A stretch of DNA of 64,000 bases. Source: a virus. The stretch lies in IMG/VR virus record IMGVR_UViG_3300045988_117831. One strand, 5' to 3'. The notes under the pieces were generated by a model. That model ran no database searches. It was not told the origin of the DNA and worked only from the letters and a program-made list of their open reading frames with translations. Shown here piece after piece: positions 20,325-29,693 of the stretch (its first letter is position 1; each line of letters begins with the position of its first letter). A program made the position numbers and the translations under genes.

Positions 20325-20675
20325 TCAAACTCCTGTGGTAACAGGCCCGTGGATGGTGATGACTTTCGCATCGACGCCGAAGACTTCCCCGGTTATGTCG
20401 ATGTCAAGCTGCTCGATGCCGGTCACATCCGGCGAGGATAAAATTGCATCCGCGATGGATTTGCGAGCGTCATCATAGCTTTTCTGCGGCGAGAAGATGT
20501 ATTCGAAATATCCCACACCGGAGTTCACATCGAAAATGTTTTCGCCGGTGCGCATGAGCATCGCCGCCCGAACGTCCTGGGCGCACGCTTCGACATCCCT
20601 GAGGATAACCATGTTTCCATTGTCGTCCAAAAGGATATCGTTGTTCGTCCCGGTTCTGATCGTTGATGTGCTCAT
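20325..20675 (-). CDS. hypothetical protein
   Basis: Start MSTSTIRT with RBS GAGGAAAGA and an ATGA overlap with the upstream gene. The listed ORF's N-terminal extension overlaps its neighbour. Confidence 0.5.
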   Translation of the reverse strand: MSTSTIRTGTNNDILLDDNGNMVILRDVEACAQDVRAAMLMRTGENIFDVNSGVGYFEYIFSPQKSYDDARKSIADAILSSPDVTGIEQLDIDITGEVFGVDAKVITIHGPVTTGV

Positions 20676-20995
20676 TCTTTCCTCGTGGCAAGCGCCTGAT
20701 ACTCGGCGAATTCGGCGCCGTCCAGATAGAACAGGTTGATGCCGTCGCCGAACAATGTCCAATCGGCGTCGCGGTCGAAGACGAAATTGCCATAGTCAGG
20801 TCGGTACTGATGGCTGTATTGGAGAAGAGGAATCCCGCCGAAGCAGCGGACCCCATGGCAAACGATCACGCCGTCGCGGCTGATATCGGCATTCATCATG
20901 TCCATGTTCTGGTACAGGCGAATCTTCCAATAGCTGCTACCGGCGTTAAATGAGATCGCTTGATTGGGGACTGCTGTCAGCGGAATTTTCTTCAT
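20672..20995 (-). CDS. hypothetical protein
   Basis: 107 aa. Overlapping start/stop with the tube gene. Confidence 0.5.
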   Translation of the reverse strand: MKKIPLTAVPNQAISFNAGSSYWKIRLYQNMDMMNADISRDGVIVCHGVRCFGGIPLLQYSHQYRPDYGNFVFDRDADWTLFGDGINLFYLDGAEFAEYQALATRKE

Positions 20996-21447
20996 CAGCT
21001 AGTACCGGCTTTGATCACTTTTTCAAATCGGAACCGATACGGCTTGGTCTTCAGACGGCCGACGCTTGCCACCGCGTTGATCAGAACGCCGTCGATTGGG
21101 GTGCCGTTGGTGCAGGTGATTTTGCTGCCGTCCGGCATCGCCACGACCAAACCGACGACATCACGAGCGCCCGACTTGTCCTTTCCGGTGCGGTTGGCAT
21201 CCAGCAGGACTGCCAGGTTGCGCTCGCCCTCGGTATTCGGAATGACGTTGACGACTACTTCCAGGATGTTCGCCCGGTTCCAAACTACCATGTCACCGTT
21301 GAGACCGACGCCGGTATCGGCAGCGGTGAACGGCGGGCTGTCGATGGGATCGGCATCGTCGGCGAACTCGGTGACGGTGAATCCGTTCGGGAAAGTTCTG
21401 CTTGCCGTGAACTGGCAGATCGAGCCGAACGCAGAAATGTTGATCAT
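20995..21447 (-). CDS. tail tube protein
   Basis: 150 aa immediately downstream of the sheath gene. Paralogous to 19379..19882. Confidence 0.6.
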   Translation of the reverse strand: MINISAFGSICQFTASRTFPNGFTVTEFADDADPIDSPPFTAADTGVGLNGDMVVWNRANILEVVVNVIPNTEGERNLAVLLDANRTGKDKSGARDVVGLVVAMPDGSKITCTNGTPIDGVLINAVASVGRLKTKPYRFRFEKVIKAGTS

Positions 21448-21505
21448 TGCTTATTCCTCACTCCATTTATGGAAGGTAGCGGCGGATCGAGTCCGCCGCA
21501 AACCA

Positions 21506-23020
21506 TTAGATCATCACGTCCGATCCTTCGACGAAGCGGATGGCATCGCCCTTCGAATAGATCAGCGTGTAGTTGGCCTTCCACTCGGTCAAGCCAGTGT
21601 TGCTGTTGGTATAGCTGGAGAAGGTGATGTTGATCCAGTAACCCAGGGTTTGGACTTGACGCCAGGCGCGGCGATCACCGGTGACTTGGGTGATGTACTG
21701 CTGCTGGACGGCGCTGATTTCCTTGCCGTAGGTGAACGTGCCGTTGGCTGTCGCCTTGTCCAGAACCGGCTGCAGCACCGCCAGGGTCATCGCCTCGCCA
21801 GTGCTGCTCGCCGGGACCGCATTGACGTTCAGGAACAGGTCCAGGAGCGCTTGAGCGATAGCCGACTTCAGCCAGATTTCGTTGGCATAGACGTTCATGT
21901 CCACCGCATCGGTCGGACCGCCGCACAGAATGCCGCGCTGGTAGAACGCGAGTTGCTGGCCATTGGCCTGGGTGACGCCGATGTAGTTGCCCCGGCTCTT
22001 GTCGACGGTGTTCGCAACGGTATCGTCGGAAACAGTGATGTTGCGGCCAGGGAATTGGTAGTACATGTAGTTTTGCGAAGCGCCCGGCTCATCGTAGTTG
22101 GTGGCAGCCAGAATCTCGCTGGGGCACTGCTCCACGAAGTCGTTGGCAGCAGTCGCCGACAGCACGTTCAGGGCGGTCCCGGCGTTGCCATTCACCAAGG
22201 TGAAAAGAGTGCCGAGGTTCGCCAGGGAAGTAGCGACCGTGTAGATGAACTGGTTGTTCTGAGCCGCGTTCCAGGCCGACACGGCCTTGATCTGGTCATT
22301 GTCGAGCGGCGCACCGGCGAACAGGAACGAACCGAAGTTGTTGCTGACATTGGTGCTCTTGGCAACGGCCGCGTCGGGAAGATCGGCAGCCTGGCCGGCG
22401 ACGTTGACGACGTTGGAGGTGGACCAGCCGAGGGCGGTGGACATGTCCTGGGGGTCGGCAGATTTCGCCACGGCCAGGACGCCGGTACCAATGGTGGCGC
22501 CGACCAAGGTGAACTGGTTGGCGTTCTGATTCCAGGTAACGGTAGCCTGGGCCAGCTGCGGGTCAGCGTTCTTGCGGATTTCGGTCTGGATGATCGACGC
22601 CACGTTGTCCATAGAAGTCGCGGCGGACGTATCGATGGCGGTAATGTTCTGTTCGGCCGCGCCGACCATGATGGTCAGAACCCCTGCTGAGAAGCCGGCG
22701 AAATCGGCGATGGTCTTCGGCAGATTGTCACCAACAACCATCGGCGCGATGGCGGTGTTTACCCAGCGAGCGAAGCTGATGCTGGACGGCGAATTCACGC
22801 TTTTACTGATGAACTTGAAATAAGCCGCAGCCCGCTGATACTCTTCCGACTGCGCGCCGAAGTGTGACAGGACTGCGTTGGCGTTGTCGAACTCGATGAC
22901 GATTCCGGGCGGGATGACGTTGTTGGTAGTCATGACGCGCAGAATCAGCTTTCGGCCTGCGACCGGAGCGCCTGCGCCTACGCCCGAAATGATCCGGATA
23001 TAACGGCTCTGACTGATCAC
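21506..23020 (-). CDS. tail sheath protein
   Basis: 504 aa. Position (neck, sheath, tube, tape-measure protein) matches a contractile-tail module. Confidence 0.7.
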   Translation of the reverse strand: MISQSRYIRIISGVGAGAPVAGRKLILRVMTTNNVIPPGIVIEFDNANAVLSHFGAQSEEYQRAAAYFKFISKSVNSPSSISFARWVNTAIAPMVVGDNLPKTIADFAGFSAGVLTIMVGAAEQNITAIDTSAATSMDNVASIIQTEIRKNADPQLAQATVTWNQNANQFTLVGATIGTGVLAVAKSADPQDMSTALGWSTSNVVNVAGQAADLPDAAVAKSTNVSNNFGSFLFAGAPLDNDQIKAVSAWNAAQNNQFIYTVATSLANLGTLFTLVNGNAGTALNVLSATAANDFVEQCPSEILAATNYDEPGASQNYMYYQFPGRNITVSDDTVANTVDKSRGNYIGVTQANGQQLAFYQRGILCGGPTDAVDMNVYANEIWLKSAIAQALLDLFLNVNAVPASSTGEAMTLAVLQPVLDKATANGTFTYGKEISAVQQQYITQVTGDRRAWRQVQTLGYWINITFSSYTNSNTGLTEWKANYTLIYSKGDAIRFVEGSDVMI

Positions 23021-23035
23021 TGGATGATCTCCTGG

Positions 23036-23617
23036 TTATGTTACTCTGCTGCTAATCGATTGAAGCATGTGCGCCGTATCGACCAGCGGTCTGTTGAATC
23101 CCTTTCTCCTGACCGTAGATGCTGAGTTAGCCACCCATGGCCCGGTCCTGATGCTTCTGGCTATGTATCCTTCCAATGCCAGGCCGATCTGGGCAAGAGC
23201 TTGATCTGGAGTGATCTGTCCTCTGGCCAGCCTCATGGCTATCCGGTTCTGGATTGCGGCGCGATCTGCGGAAAACAAGTTCCAAGCATATCGCATAAAC
23301 GGTCTAGCCGGGATGGTAATTCTGTGAGGCTTAGTTACCTCGGTTTCTCCCGGAAAGTCGTTTCTGACGAACCGAACGCCAACAAACCGGCCCCGAACAA
23401 TGGCGTCCCTAATATACCTGGTCCCGCCCGGATGGTCGATAGTTCCGCCGTACTCATTGAGACGTGCGATTCTCGCGACTTGTATTCCGACCGATCCGCC
23501 TGCCTTGTCAGGATATCGAGCCGTGGAATACCATCCGGCTGAAACGGACCTGCCGCGCATGGCTCTTAACATCTGGAGGTGCGCGGCGATTAGCTCTGAA
23601 TCGCGCCTCAGGCTCAT
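23036..23617 (-). CDS. hypothetical neck / tail-completion protein
   Basis: 193 aa between the head-tail connector genes and the sheath. Confidence 0.45.
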   Translation of the reverse strand: MSLRRDSELIAAHLQMLRAMRGRSVSAGWYSTARYPDKAGGSVGIQVARIARLNEYGGTIDHPGGTRYIRDAIVRGRFVGVRFVRNDFPGETEVTKPHRITIPARPFMRYAWNLFSADRAAIQNRIAMRLARGQITPDQALAQIGLALEGYIARSIRTGPWVANSASTVRRKGFNRPLVDTAHMLQSISSRVT

Positions 23618-24165
23618 ATGCCTATCAATACCCCATCGGCCGAATATGCTGCGTTTTCGTACAGGCGAATATATTGGTTGTAAGTTACAACCATGTCAAA
23701 ACTTGGGTGGAATTCGAACTGGTGATTGTCGTTCTCGAATGCCTCGTTGGAAATTTGAGACACGCGAAGAATGAGGAAGTCCAGTTCCTTTACGCGCTCA
23801 ATTGTGGATCGAGCTTGGAAATAAGCTCTCACATAGTTGGCGATATCAGAAGCCGTAACCACGTGAGTGATTTCAGGATTCTGCCAATGAAGGGAACTGA
23901 TCTGGAAAGTCGTCTCTACATGCTGTCGAGTTATTTCCACATATTTGCGGGCCGTGTTGTCCAGGTACCAATCGGTGGCAGGCCAGCCGCGAGGAATGTC
24001 AAACAGTTTCTGGAAAAAGATGGTCGGCCTGGTTGACGTCCCCTGTTGGGTCGGCTGAGCTTTCTGGACGACTTCAAAATCCGGGAACTGCAAAGCCTCT
24101 TGAGCAGATGCCATCGCCGCATTCAGCTCGACAACCATTTTCGCTATCAGTTCGCCGTCAAACAT
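23614..24165 (-). CDS. hypothetical neck protein
   Basis: Start MFDGELIAK, preceded by AGGTGG and the stop of the upstream gene. The listed longer ORF has a Trp/Arg-rich, implausible N-terminus. Confidence 0.45.
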   Translation of the reverse strand: MFDGELIAKMVVELNAAMASAQEALQFPDFEVVQKAQPTQQGTSTRPTIFFQKLFDIPRGWPATDWYLDNTARKYVEITRQHVETTFQISSLHWQNPEITHVVTASDIANYVRAYFQARSTIERVKELDFLILRVSQISNEAFENDNHQFEFHPSFDMVVTYNQYIRLYENAAYSADGVLIGI

Positions 24166-24172
24166 ACACCAC

Positions 24173-24544
24173 CTAGAAAGTCGGTTTCCCGTCATCAGTG
24201 AGCTTGGCCGCACCGATATCCACGGCCAGGCAAACTCCCCAGCCGTCCTGATAAAACCAGGAGCCTTGAGACTCCAGCTGAAAAACTCTTCCAGTCCAGA
24301 GGAACTGGTCACCGGCCATATTGCGATCCAAGTCAACCATATCAAAGTTGGCGAAGATCATAACATAATTCCGTTGGAACTCCAGATTAAACTGGGCATA
24401 CTGATCGCGTCGGACTCGCTGGACAGACGCTGCCAGGTCGAAAGGCTCCCCGAACATGGAGACATACTGGGCTTGATCATTCTTCACTCGCTGCTCAAAC
24501 TTGCGATATCTCACAATTTGAGTGCCGATGACCCCGAAGGCCAT
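24173..24544 (-). CDS. hypothetical head-tail joining protein
   Basis: Start MAFGVIGTQIV. The listed 232-aa ORF has an Arg-rich N-terminal extension overlapping 24568..25035 and is rejected. Confidence 0.4.
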   Translation of the reverse strand: MAFGVIGTQIVRYRKFEQRVKNDQAQYVSMFGEPFDLAASVQRVRRDQYAQFNLEFQRNYVMIFANFDMVDLDRNMAGDQFLWTGRVFQLESQGSWFYQDGWGVCLAVDIGAAKLTDDGKPTF

Positions 24545-24567
24545 TCGCAGAAGATTCGCGCCAGGGA

Positions 24568-25035
24568 TCACCAGAACGTCCCTCCAACCTTCCGGAAGCC
24601 TCGGCGCTCTGGAAGGCCGCCGATATAGAATCCGCCCACAGACTTGACGCTGAGGAGCGCCCAAAGCTCTTGGCCGTAAGGCGTCCCGGACAGCCACCAC
24701 TGCCAACCATTCTTGGCCGGGGGCGCGAGCTTGGCCACGCTGACCTCGCCGACCGTAGCGCTGGTGATGAAACCGCCTTGGGTCCCACCGGCAGTGACGC
24801 CACCTCCAGCCGCGCCCTGAACTTGCATCGTGGAAAGCGACAGGAGGTGGGCGGTCAGAAGATACAGGCACGCTTCCAGGGCTTTGCCATTGAGAATCCG
24901 GTATGGCGAATCGCGATCAGAAATGAATTCGCACGCAATGTCGAAATACATCTGCAGGCGCACGTCCGGATAAGCGGCTGGATCAGCAAACTCCGGAAAC
25001 AGCGTGCGAAACTTATTTTCGTCGAAAATCACCAT
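24568..25035 (-). CDS. hypothetical head-tail connector protein
   Basis: 155 aa. Confidence 0.5.
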   Translation of the reverse strand: MVIFDENKFRTLFPEFADPAAYPDVRLQMYFDIACEFISDRDSPYRILNGKALEACLYLLTAHLLSLSTMQVQGAAGGGVTAGGTQGGFITSATVGEVSVAKLAPPAKNGWQWWLSGTPYGQELWALLSVKSVGGFYIGGLPERRGFRKVGGTFW

Positions 25036-25049
25036 GCCGAAACCCTCGG

Positions 25050-25487
25050 TTAAATCCGGAACTCTTGTTCCTGGGAAGCGCTGGCTGTGGTCACCTTGAT
25101 TTTCTGCTGCAGGCGAGTAGCATCCAGAGGCTGGAATCCATCGCGCTCCATGGTGCGAGTCTCTTTGGAAATCCGCTGGTGGTCACTGGTGATGTCGGTC
25201 TTCACGACTCGCAGATAACCCTTCTCCATGTGACGCATGAAAATCTTATTGGCCTGAAGCAGCTCGAAATCCGAATCGCTCACGGCAGTGCAATCGCCCT
25301 GTGGGGTCCAGATCGGACGTCCTGCCTCGTCGGAAATCATGTCGCCGAAGCCGGAAGTTTCGGATGCGATGCCTGCGCGGCCGCGAATCAGAATCTTTCG
25401 CTGGAGGCGAGGATTGGACGGATCAGAGGTGTCATACGCATTGTAAGACACCGATTGAGTCATGGAGGAAACGATATAAACAGTCAT
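25050..25487 (-). CDS. hypothetical head completion protein
   Basis: 145 aa downstream of the capsid gene. Confidence 0.5.
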   Translation of the reverse strand: MTVYIVSSMTQSVSYNAYDTSDPSNPRLQRKILIRGRAGIASETSGFGDMISDEAGRPIWTPQGDCTAVSDSDFELLQANKIFMRHMEKGYLRVVKTDITSDHQRISKETRTMERDGFQPLDATRLQQKIKVTTASASQEQEFRI

Positions 25488-25588
25488 TGGCGTAGTCCTA
25501 GTAATTATGCCCTAACCGGCCCCTACAACCGAGTTAGAGTCAGAGTGAACAAAGGCCGGAAGCCCGGCCTTTGGTGAATAGGCATCTG

Positions 25589-26737
25589 TTAGATGCCGAG
25601 GTAGCGCACCACAGCCCACGGACGCTTGCACAGCGCACCGGCGGTGCCGTTGGAGAAGTCTTCCACGTACGACTTCGCCCGCTTTTCGACACCCAGGGTG
25701 ATGAACTTGCTCTGTACCAGCTGGCTGAACACGCTGCCGCCATCGGTGCTGCCATCGACGGCCGCGTTCACGTCTTCGACGAAGAGCACCAGAGCATCTT
25801 CCGGCTCTTGGTTTTTCATCTGGACGCCGGACAATTCCGGAGCCGACACGATCCGCATTTTCGGATAGGTCTGTTCGATCCAGTCCGAAACCGAAATGCC
25901 GTAAGGCGTGGTTACCGACAGGTAGTCCACCTTGCTGGTGGCCAGGGCCAGAGTGATCTTTTCCGCCTTCGGATCGATCTGATCTTGGCTCTGAATACGC
26001 AGCTGGCGAACGGCCTCGCGGATGTCGCCGATGATGCCTGCCCAGTCGGCAGTGGACCAGCCCTGGCTCGGCGGGGTCTGGAATGCCGGCAGGTTGGGAT
26101 CGTTCAGGAAACCATAGGTGCGGTTGCCCAGGCCGCTCTGCCAGCCATAAAAGCCGATGGCGTTGCGGAAGATTTCCAGACCGATGGCCGCCTGTTGGCG
26201 TTTGGTTTCGGCGCTGTTCAGCCGGATGGCCGAGGCACGACCCTCTTCCAGGGTGCCCACCATCATACCCAGCTCGCCACGAACGATGGTGCGACGTTCG
26301 AAGTTGGCGTTCCAGCTGGTCAGCGGGATGTTGGTGTGGTCGCCGTATTCCACCGCAGTGCCGGCCGGCTCCACGATGCCCTGGACGATTTCTTGATCTT
26401 CCCAGGAGCCAACGGTATCGATGCCGATGATTTCGTCGATCTTCCGTGCAGCGGTCATGACCTTCACGAAGCCCGGCAACCAGGTCTGCAGGAACTGGAT
26501 GGGAGTCGGGATGGACGGCGTGGTCACCGGGGCGGTGAAGTTGCTGTCCATGGCCGAGCCGGAGCGGAACGCGCCGGCCTTCGCCAAGGCCTTGATCTGG
26601 TCCTGGACGACGGCGTGATCGAATACCAGGCCGATGCGGCGCAGAGACGCCACGGCGTCATTGGTGATGTTTTTCAGGTCGAAAGGTTTCGCATTGCGGC
26701 CTGCGAGGCGCGAATGGGTCTTGCTGATCTGGCTCAT
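25589..26737 (-). CDS. major capsid protein
   Basis: 382 aa. Downstream of the protease/scaffold and a small structural gene, the typical DUF2213 / small protein / capsid order. Confidence 0.7.
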   Translation of the reverse strand: MSQISKTHSRLAGRNAKPFDLKNITNDAVASLRRIGLVFDHAVVQDQIKALAKAGAFRSGSAMDSNFTAPVTTPSIPTPIQFLQTWLPGFVKVMTAARKIDEIIGIDTVGSWEDQEIVQGIVEPAGTAVEYGDHTNIPLTSWNANFERRTIVRGELGMMVGTLEEGRASAIRLNSAETKRQQAAIGLEIFRNAIGFYGWQSGLGNRTYGFLNDPNLPAFQTPPSQGWSTADWAGIIGDIREAVRQLRIQSQDQIDPKAEKITLALATSKVDYLSVTTPYGISVSDWIEQTYPKMRIVSAPELSGVQMKNQEPEDALVLFVEDVNAAVDGSTDGGSVFSQLVQSKFITLGVEKRAKSYVEDFSNGTAGALCKRPWAVVRYLGI

Positions 26738-26746
26738 GACGCCTCC

Positions 26747-27382
26747 TTACTGCGTGAGCTGGACGATGGTAACGCCAGCAACCAGATTCCCCGCCGACTG
26801 GGCCGGCAGACTGATGGCGTTAACGATGCGTGCGTTGGGAATCTGGACCAAGCCGGTCGGCATGGAGCCAGCCTTGAAGCCAACCAGGGCGCCGGCCGGC
26901 AGGCCAAGCGCGTTGTCGGCGGTAGGCAGGTTGTTTGGTACATAGGCGACCAGGTCACCATAGTCCAGGTCCAGGGCGGTTGCGGCGCCGTTGAAAATTT
27001 CGACGACCAGGCCGGTGGCCATGTCGAAGAACTCGCCTTCGGCGCCATCGGGCAGATCATAGCTGGGAGCCAGGGAGTCTCCGGCCGAACCGAACAGCGC
27101 ATAGTGCTTCGGATGACCGAGGACACCAAAGAAGTTGGCGCCGCCGATCACGACTTCAGAAGCGCGAGCCGCGATAGTCTTCGGCTGACCTTCGCCGAGG
27201 GAGCTGACGTCACCGGCGTAACCGAAAGCGCGACTGATGCGGTTGGGGCCGGTGGCGGTGGCAGCCGGATTTACGGCAGACAGAGACATGATTCGACCCG
27301 GCCGCGCCCGCTTCGGGCCGTCCTCGATCAGATCGCCCGGAAAACCAGGAGTGTACTGGCGGTAAACTTGTTTCTGGAACAT
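26747..27382 (-). CDS. hypothetical head structural / decoration protein
   Basis: 211 aa, Gly/Ala-rich, between the protease/scaffold and the capsid. Confidence 0.5.
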   Translation of the reverse strand: MFQKQVYRQYTPGFPGDLIEDGPKRARPGRIMSLSAVNPAATATGPNRISRAFGYAGDVSSLGEGQPKTIAARASEVVIGGANFFGVLGHPKHYALFGSAGDSLAPSYDLPDGAEGEFFDMATGLVVEIFNGAATALDLDYGDLVAYVPNNLPTADNALGLPAGALVGFKAGSMPTGLVQIPNARIVNAISLPAQSAGNLVAGVTIVQLTQ

Positions 27383-27385
27383 GAG

Positions 27386-28819
27386 TTACTCCCCCTTCAG
27401 GTAGCTGTCCAGCTCGGCGCACTGCGGAGCAGAACCGGCCGAATCCTGGGCTTTCGATTGACGGCTGGCCGCGCCGCGCGCGGCTTCGACACCTTTCAGG
27501 TACATGTCGAGCGCCAGTGCTTCCTGGCCCTTCGCGCAGCTGATATTCAGCTTCTTCACGCCGTAAACAGCGACTTCAGCCGAGTCCATAGCTCGGTGAT
27601 CGAACGCACCAACCACGGAGCTAAGACGCTTGTAGAGGCGATCTTTAGCAGCAATGTCGCGATAGAGACCGCGAATTGCAGCATCTTGCGCGTTCTTCTG
27701 TGCCATTTCAGGAAGTTCCTCGCTGTTATCCTTGCCCTCACCACCATCGTCGCTGGCGGTTTGCGCGCCGCTGAGGCTGCTCTGCTCTTCCAAGCCCTCG
27801 ACGACATCTTGACCTTCGCCATGCTCTTCGTCCGCCCCTTCGGCTACCGTGCCCTCCAGTCGAGCCAGAATGGCCTTGACTTGAGAGATCAGTTCGGCGA
27901 CTTCGCCTTCACCGGACATTTCGGATGCGGCACCTTCTTGATGCTCCGGCTCGACGGCGGCCACGGCCGGATCGACAACGGAAGGCTCCTCTTCCTGCTC
28001 TTCGTCATCCTTCTGAGCACCTTCCAGAGTCGGATGCTCGGTCAGGTGCTCGCTGTCGGTCGGTTCGGCCGGAGCTGCGCCTTCCTGATGCTCCGGCTCC
28101 TGCTCTTCTTCGCCCAGGAACTTCTGGACAGACGCAGATAGCTTCGGCCACAGGGCGCGCAACTCTTCGACCGCCGAGTCAGCAGCTTGCCCTACGCGCT
28201 GGACAGGGGGCTTCCGCTTGGCTTTCTTGAGACTCATTTCATTACCCTCATCGGATGGTCTGAAATCAAAACTGAGATGGTCAAAACACAGACCATCCAA
28301 TACTCTGGCCCCCGGCACACGACCCTCTTTTACCAGGGCAATGTGGTTGCCGCGCATCTTGTCCTGGACGACTTCATAAGGTGTTCCGTTCCAGATGCCG
28401 GGTTGCTCAGTGTAGCGGCAACTATAGCCTAGGGACAGGTCTTCTTTGCCCCTTTCCAGCTGATTCTGCATGTTGCGGGAATAGATGCGGATATCGCCGC
28501 GTGCCCATGGGGCTTCGTAGTAAGCGTTGGATGTGATGATGCCCTCCACCCCTTTGTCTTCGGGGGCCACGCTATCGTCATCATCGTCGAATCCCGACAG
28601 CATCTCATGCTCGTCGATCAACGGGAGATTCTTCAGAGATTCGATGTACTCCGGATCGCTGACGGCAGACTCCGGGCGATATACGTTGACAATCCGCGTC
28701 GGATCGCCCGGAAGACCGAGTTGACCAGCAGAATATTGGAAAACGCCATAAGAGCTGATCGGGCAGCCCTCTATGGTCATATATCCATTTTCGTCAATTT
28801 TTCTTTTCGACTTTGCCAT
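27386..28819 (-). CDS. prohead protease/scaffold-like protein (DUF2213-like N-terminal domain plus acidic coiled-coil C-terminal half)
   Basis: 477 aa. N-terminal ~190 aa (...GNHIALVKEGR...) resembles a head-maturation domain. The Glu-rich helical C-terminal half looks like a scaffold. Confidence 0.5.
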   Translation of the reverse strand: MAKSKRKIDENGYMTIEGCPISSYGVFQYSAGQLGLPGDPTRIVNVYRPESAVSDPEYIESLKNLPLIDEHEMLSGFDDDDDSVAPEDKGVEGIITSNAYYEAPWARGDIRIYSRNMQNQLERGKEDLSLGYSCRYTEQPGIWNGTPYEVVQDKMRGNHIALVKEGRVPGARVLDGLCFDHLSFDFRPSDEGNEMSLKKAKRKPPVQRVGQAADSAVEELRALWPKLSASVQKFLGEEEQEPEHQEGAAPAEPTDSEHLTEHPTLEGAQKDDEEQEEEPSVVDPAVAAVEPEHQEGAASEMSGEGEVAELISQVKAILARLEGTVAEGADEEHGEGQDVVEGLEEQSSLSGAQTASDDGGEGKDNSEELPEMAQKNAQDAAIRGLYRDIAAKDRLYKRLSSVVGAFDHRAMDSAEVAVYGVKKLNISCAKGQEALALDMYLKGVEAARGAASRQSKAQDSAGSAPQCAELDSYLKGE

Positions 28820-28939
28820 CGTTAATTCGAAGAGTCGTGGACTATGGCTGTATTATATACGCAGTACATCTAAGGGTAAATAAGCGGAACAATAATTAGA
28901 TGTAGCCGTGACTGTTAACTTACATTATAATTTGTATTA

Positions 28940-29300
28940 TGATCTAATTACCAGTTTCCTCAGCCGCGAAAATCCGGTAATTTGGTCTCGGAAACTTGAC
29001 GGGATTTGTCTAAGCCTACTGCCGCGAGGCTTTCAACTCCTAAACTAATTCAAATTACCAATTTACCGATTAAAAATTGAATTTCAATACGTCTAGAGCA
29101 TATAGATTGACGTTATATTATAACGTTACTTATAGATGAATTCTATTGGAACGTTACTTCTAATTTCCCAGGCTATATACTTTTGAAGCATGCGGCTAAA
29201 TCGGAAATTAGGAACTGGCTCTGTTAAAGCCTCGCGGCAGTAGGATTTCCAAATTACTGCTATTTTCCGTAAACGGTAATTTGCGGCTATCCGGACTAGA
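28940..29300. repeat. AT-rich quasi-palindromic element R1 (inverted-repeat arms around an AT-rich centre), related to R2
   Basis: Perfect 18-bp inverted repeat CCTACTGCCGCGAGGCTT (29018) / AAGCCTCGCGGCAGTAGG (29228). Core CGGAAACTTGACGGGATTTGTCTAAGCCTACTGCCGCGAGGCTTTCAA...AAATTACCAATTTACC is shared with 48494-48575. Confidence 0.7.
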
Positions 29301-29468
29301 ATTTTTAGTCAGAATCCAGATTTTTCTCAGTATCATCGGCCAAAGCCATCAAGATGGCGAAGCCGATGATTGCCAAATCGATGGCGGCAAACTTCAGGCT
29401 GAAGAATCCGCCGTGAATATTGGCCCTGATTACATCGACCACGAGTCGGCGCCGGCACGTCTTGCGGT

Positions 29469-29675
29469 TCATTTCACGAGCCTCGACAGAGAGTCCACCA
29501 GGGCGCGAAGATCGGCGACGAGCTCAGGCGAACAATCTTTCGCCGTCTTCCCTTTCTCACTGCGCTGGATGGAGTAAGCGATGGCCGCAGCCTGCTTTGG
29601 GTCCTTACCGGCTTCGATTTCCCGCTTGATGTTTTCAGAACGAGCCTCATTGGAATTGCCATGAACTAACGGCAT
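29469..29675 (-). CDS. hypothetical small protein
   Basis: 68 aa between the minor head protein and the AT-rich element R1. Confidence 0.4.
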   Translation of the reverse strand: MPLVHGNSNEARSENIKREIEAGKDPKQAAAIAYSIQRSEKGKTAKDCSPELVADLRALVDSLSRLVK

Positions 29676-29693
29676 ATAGCGCTCCTATCGATA

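Noticed and set aside
20325-20995. Possible programmed frameshift (G/GT-type chaperone pair) between the overlapping ORFs 20672..20995 and 20325..20762
   Set aside because: The overlap is explained by an internal ATG (MSTSTIRT) with RBS GAGGAAAGA, placed in an ATGA arrangement with the upstream stop. No frameshift is needed.
24173-24871. 232-aa ORF overlapping 24568..25035 by about 300 nt
   Set aside because: The N-terminal 109 codons are Arg/Pro/Gly-rich and overlap a plausible gene. The gene was trimmed to the internal start MAFGVIGTQIV.
25571-28141. 856-aa + strand ORF across the capsid and scaffold region
   Set aside because: It is antisense to three well-supported structural genes and has a low-complexity Arg/Gly/Ala translation.
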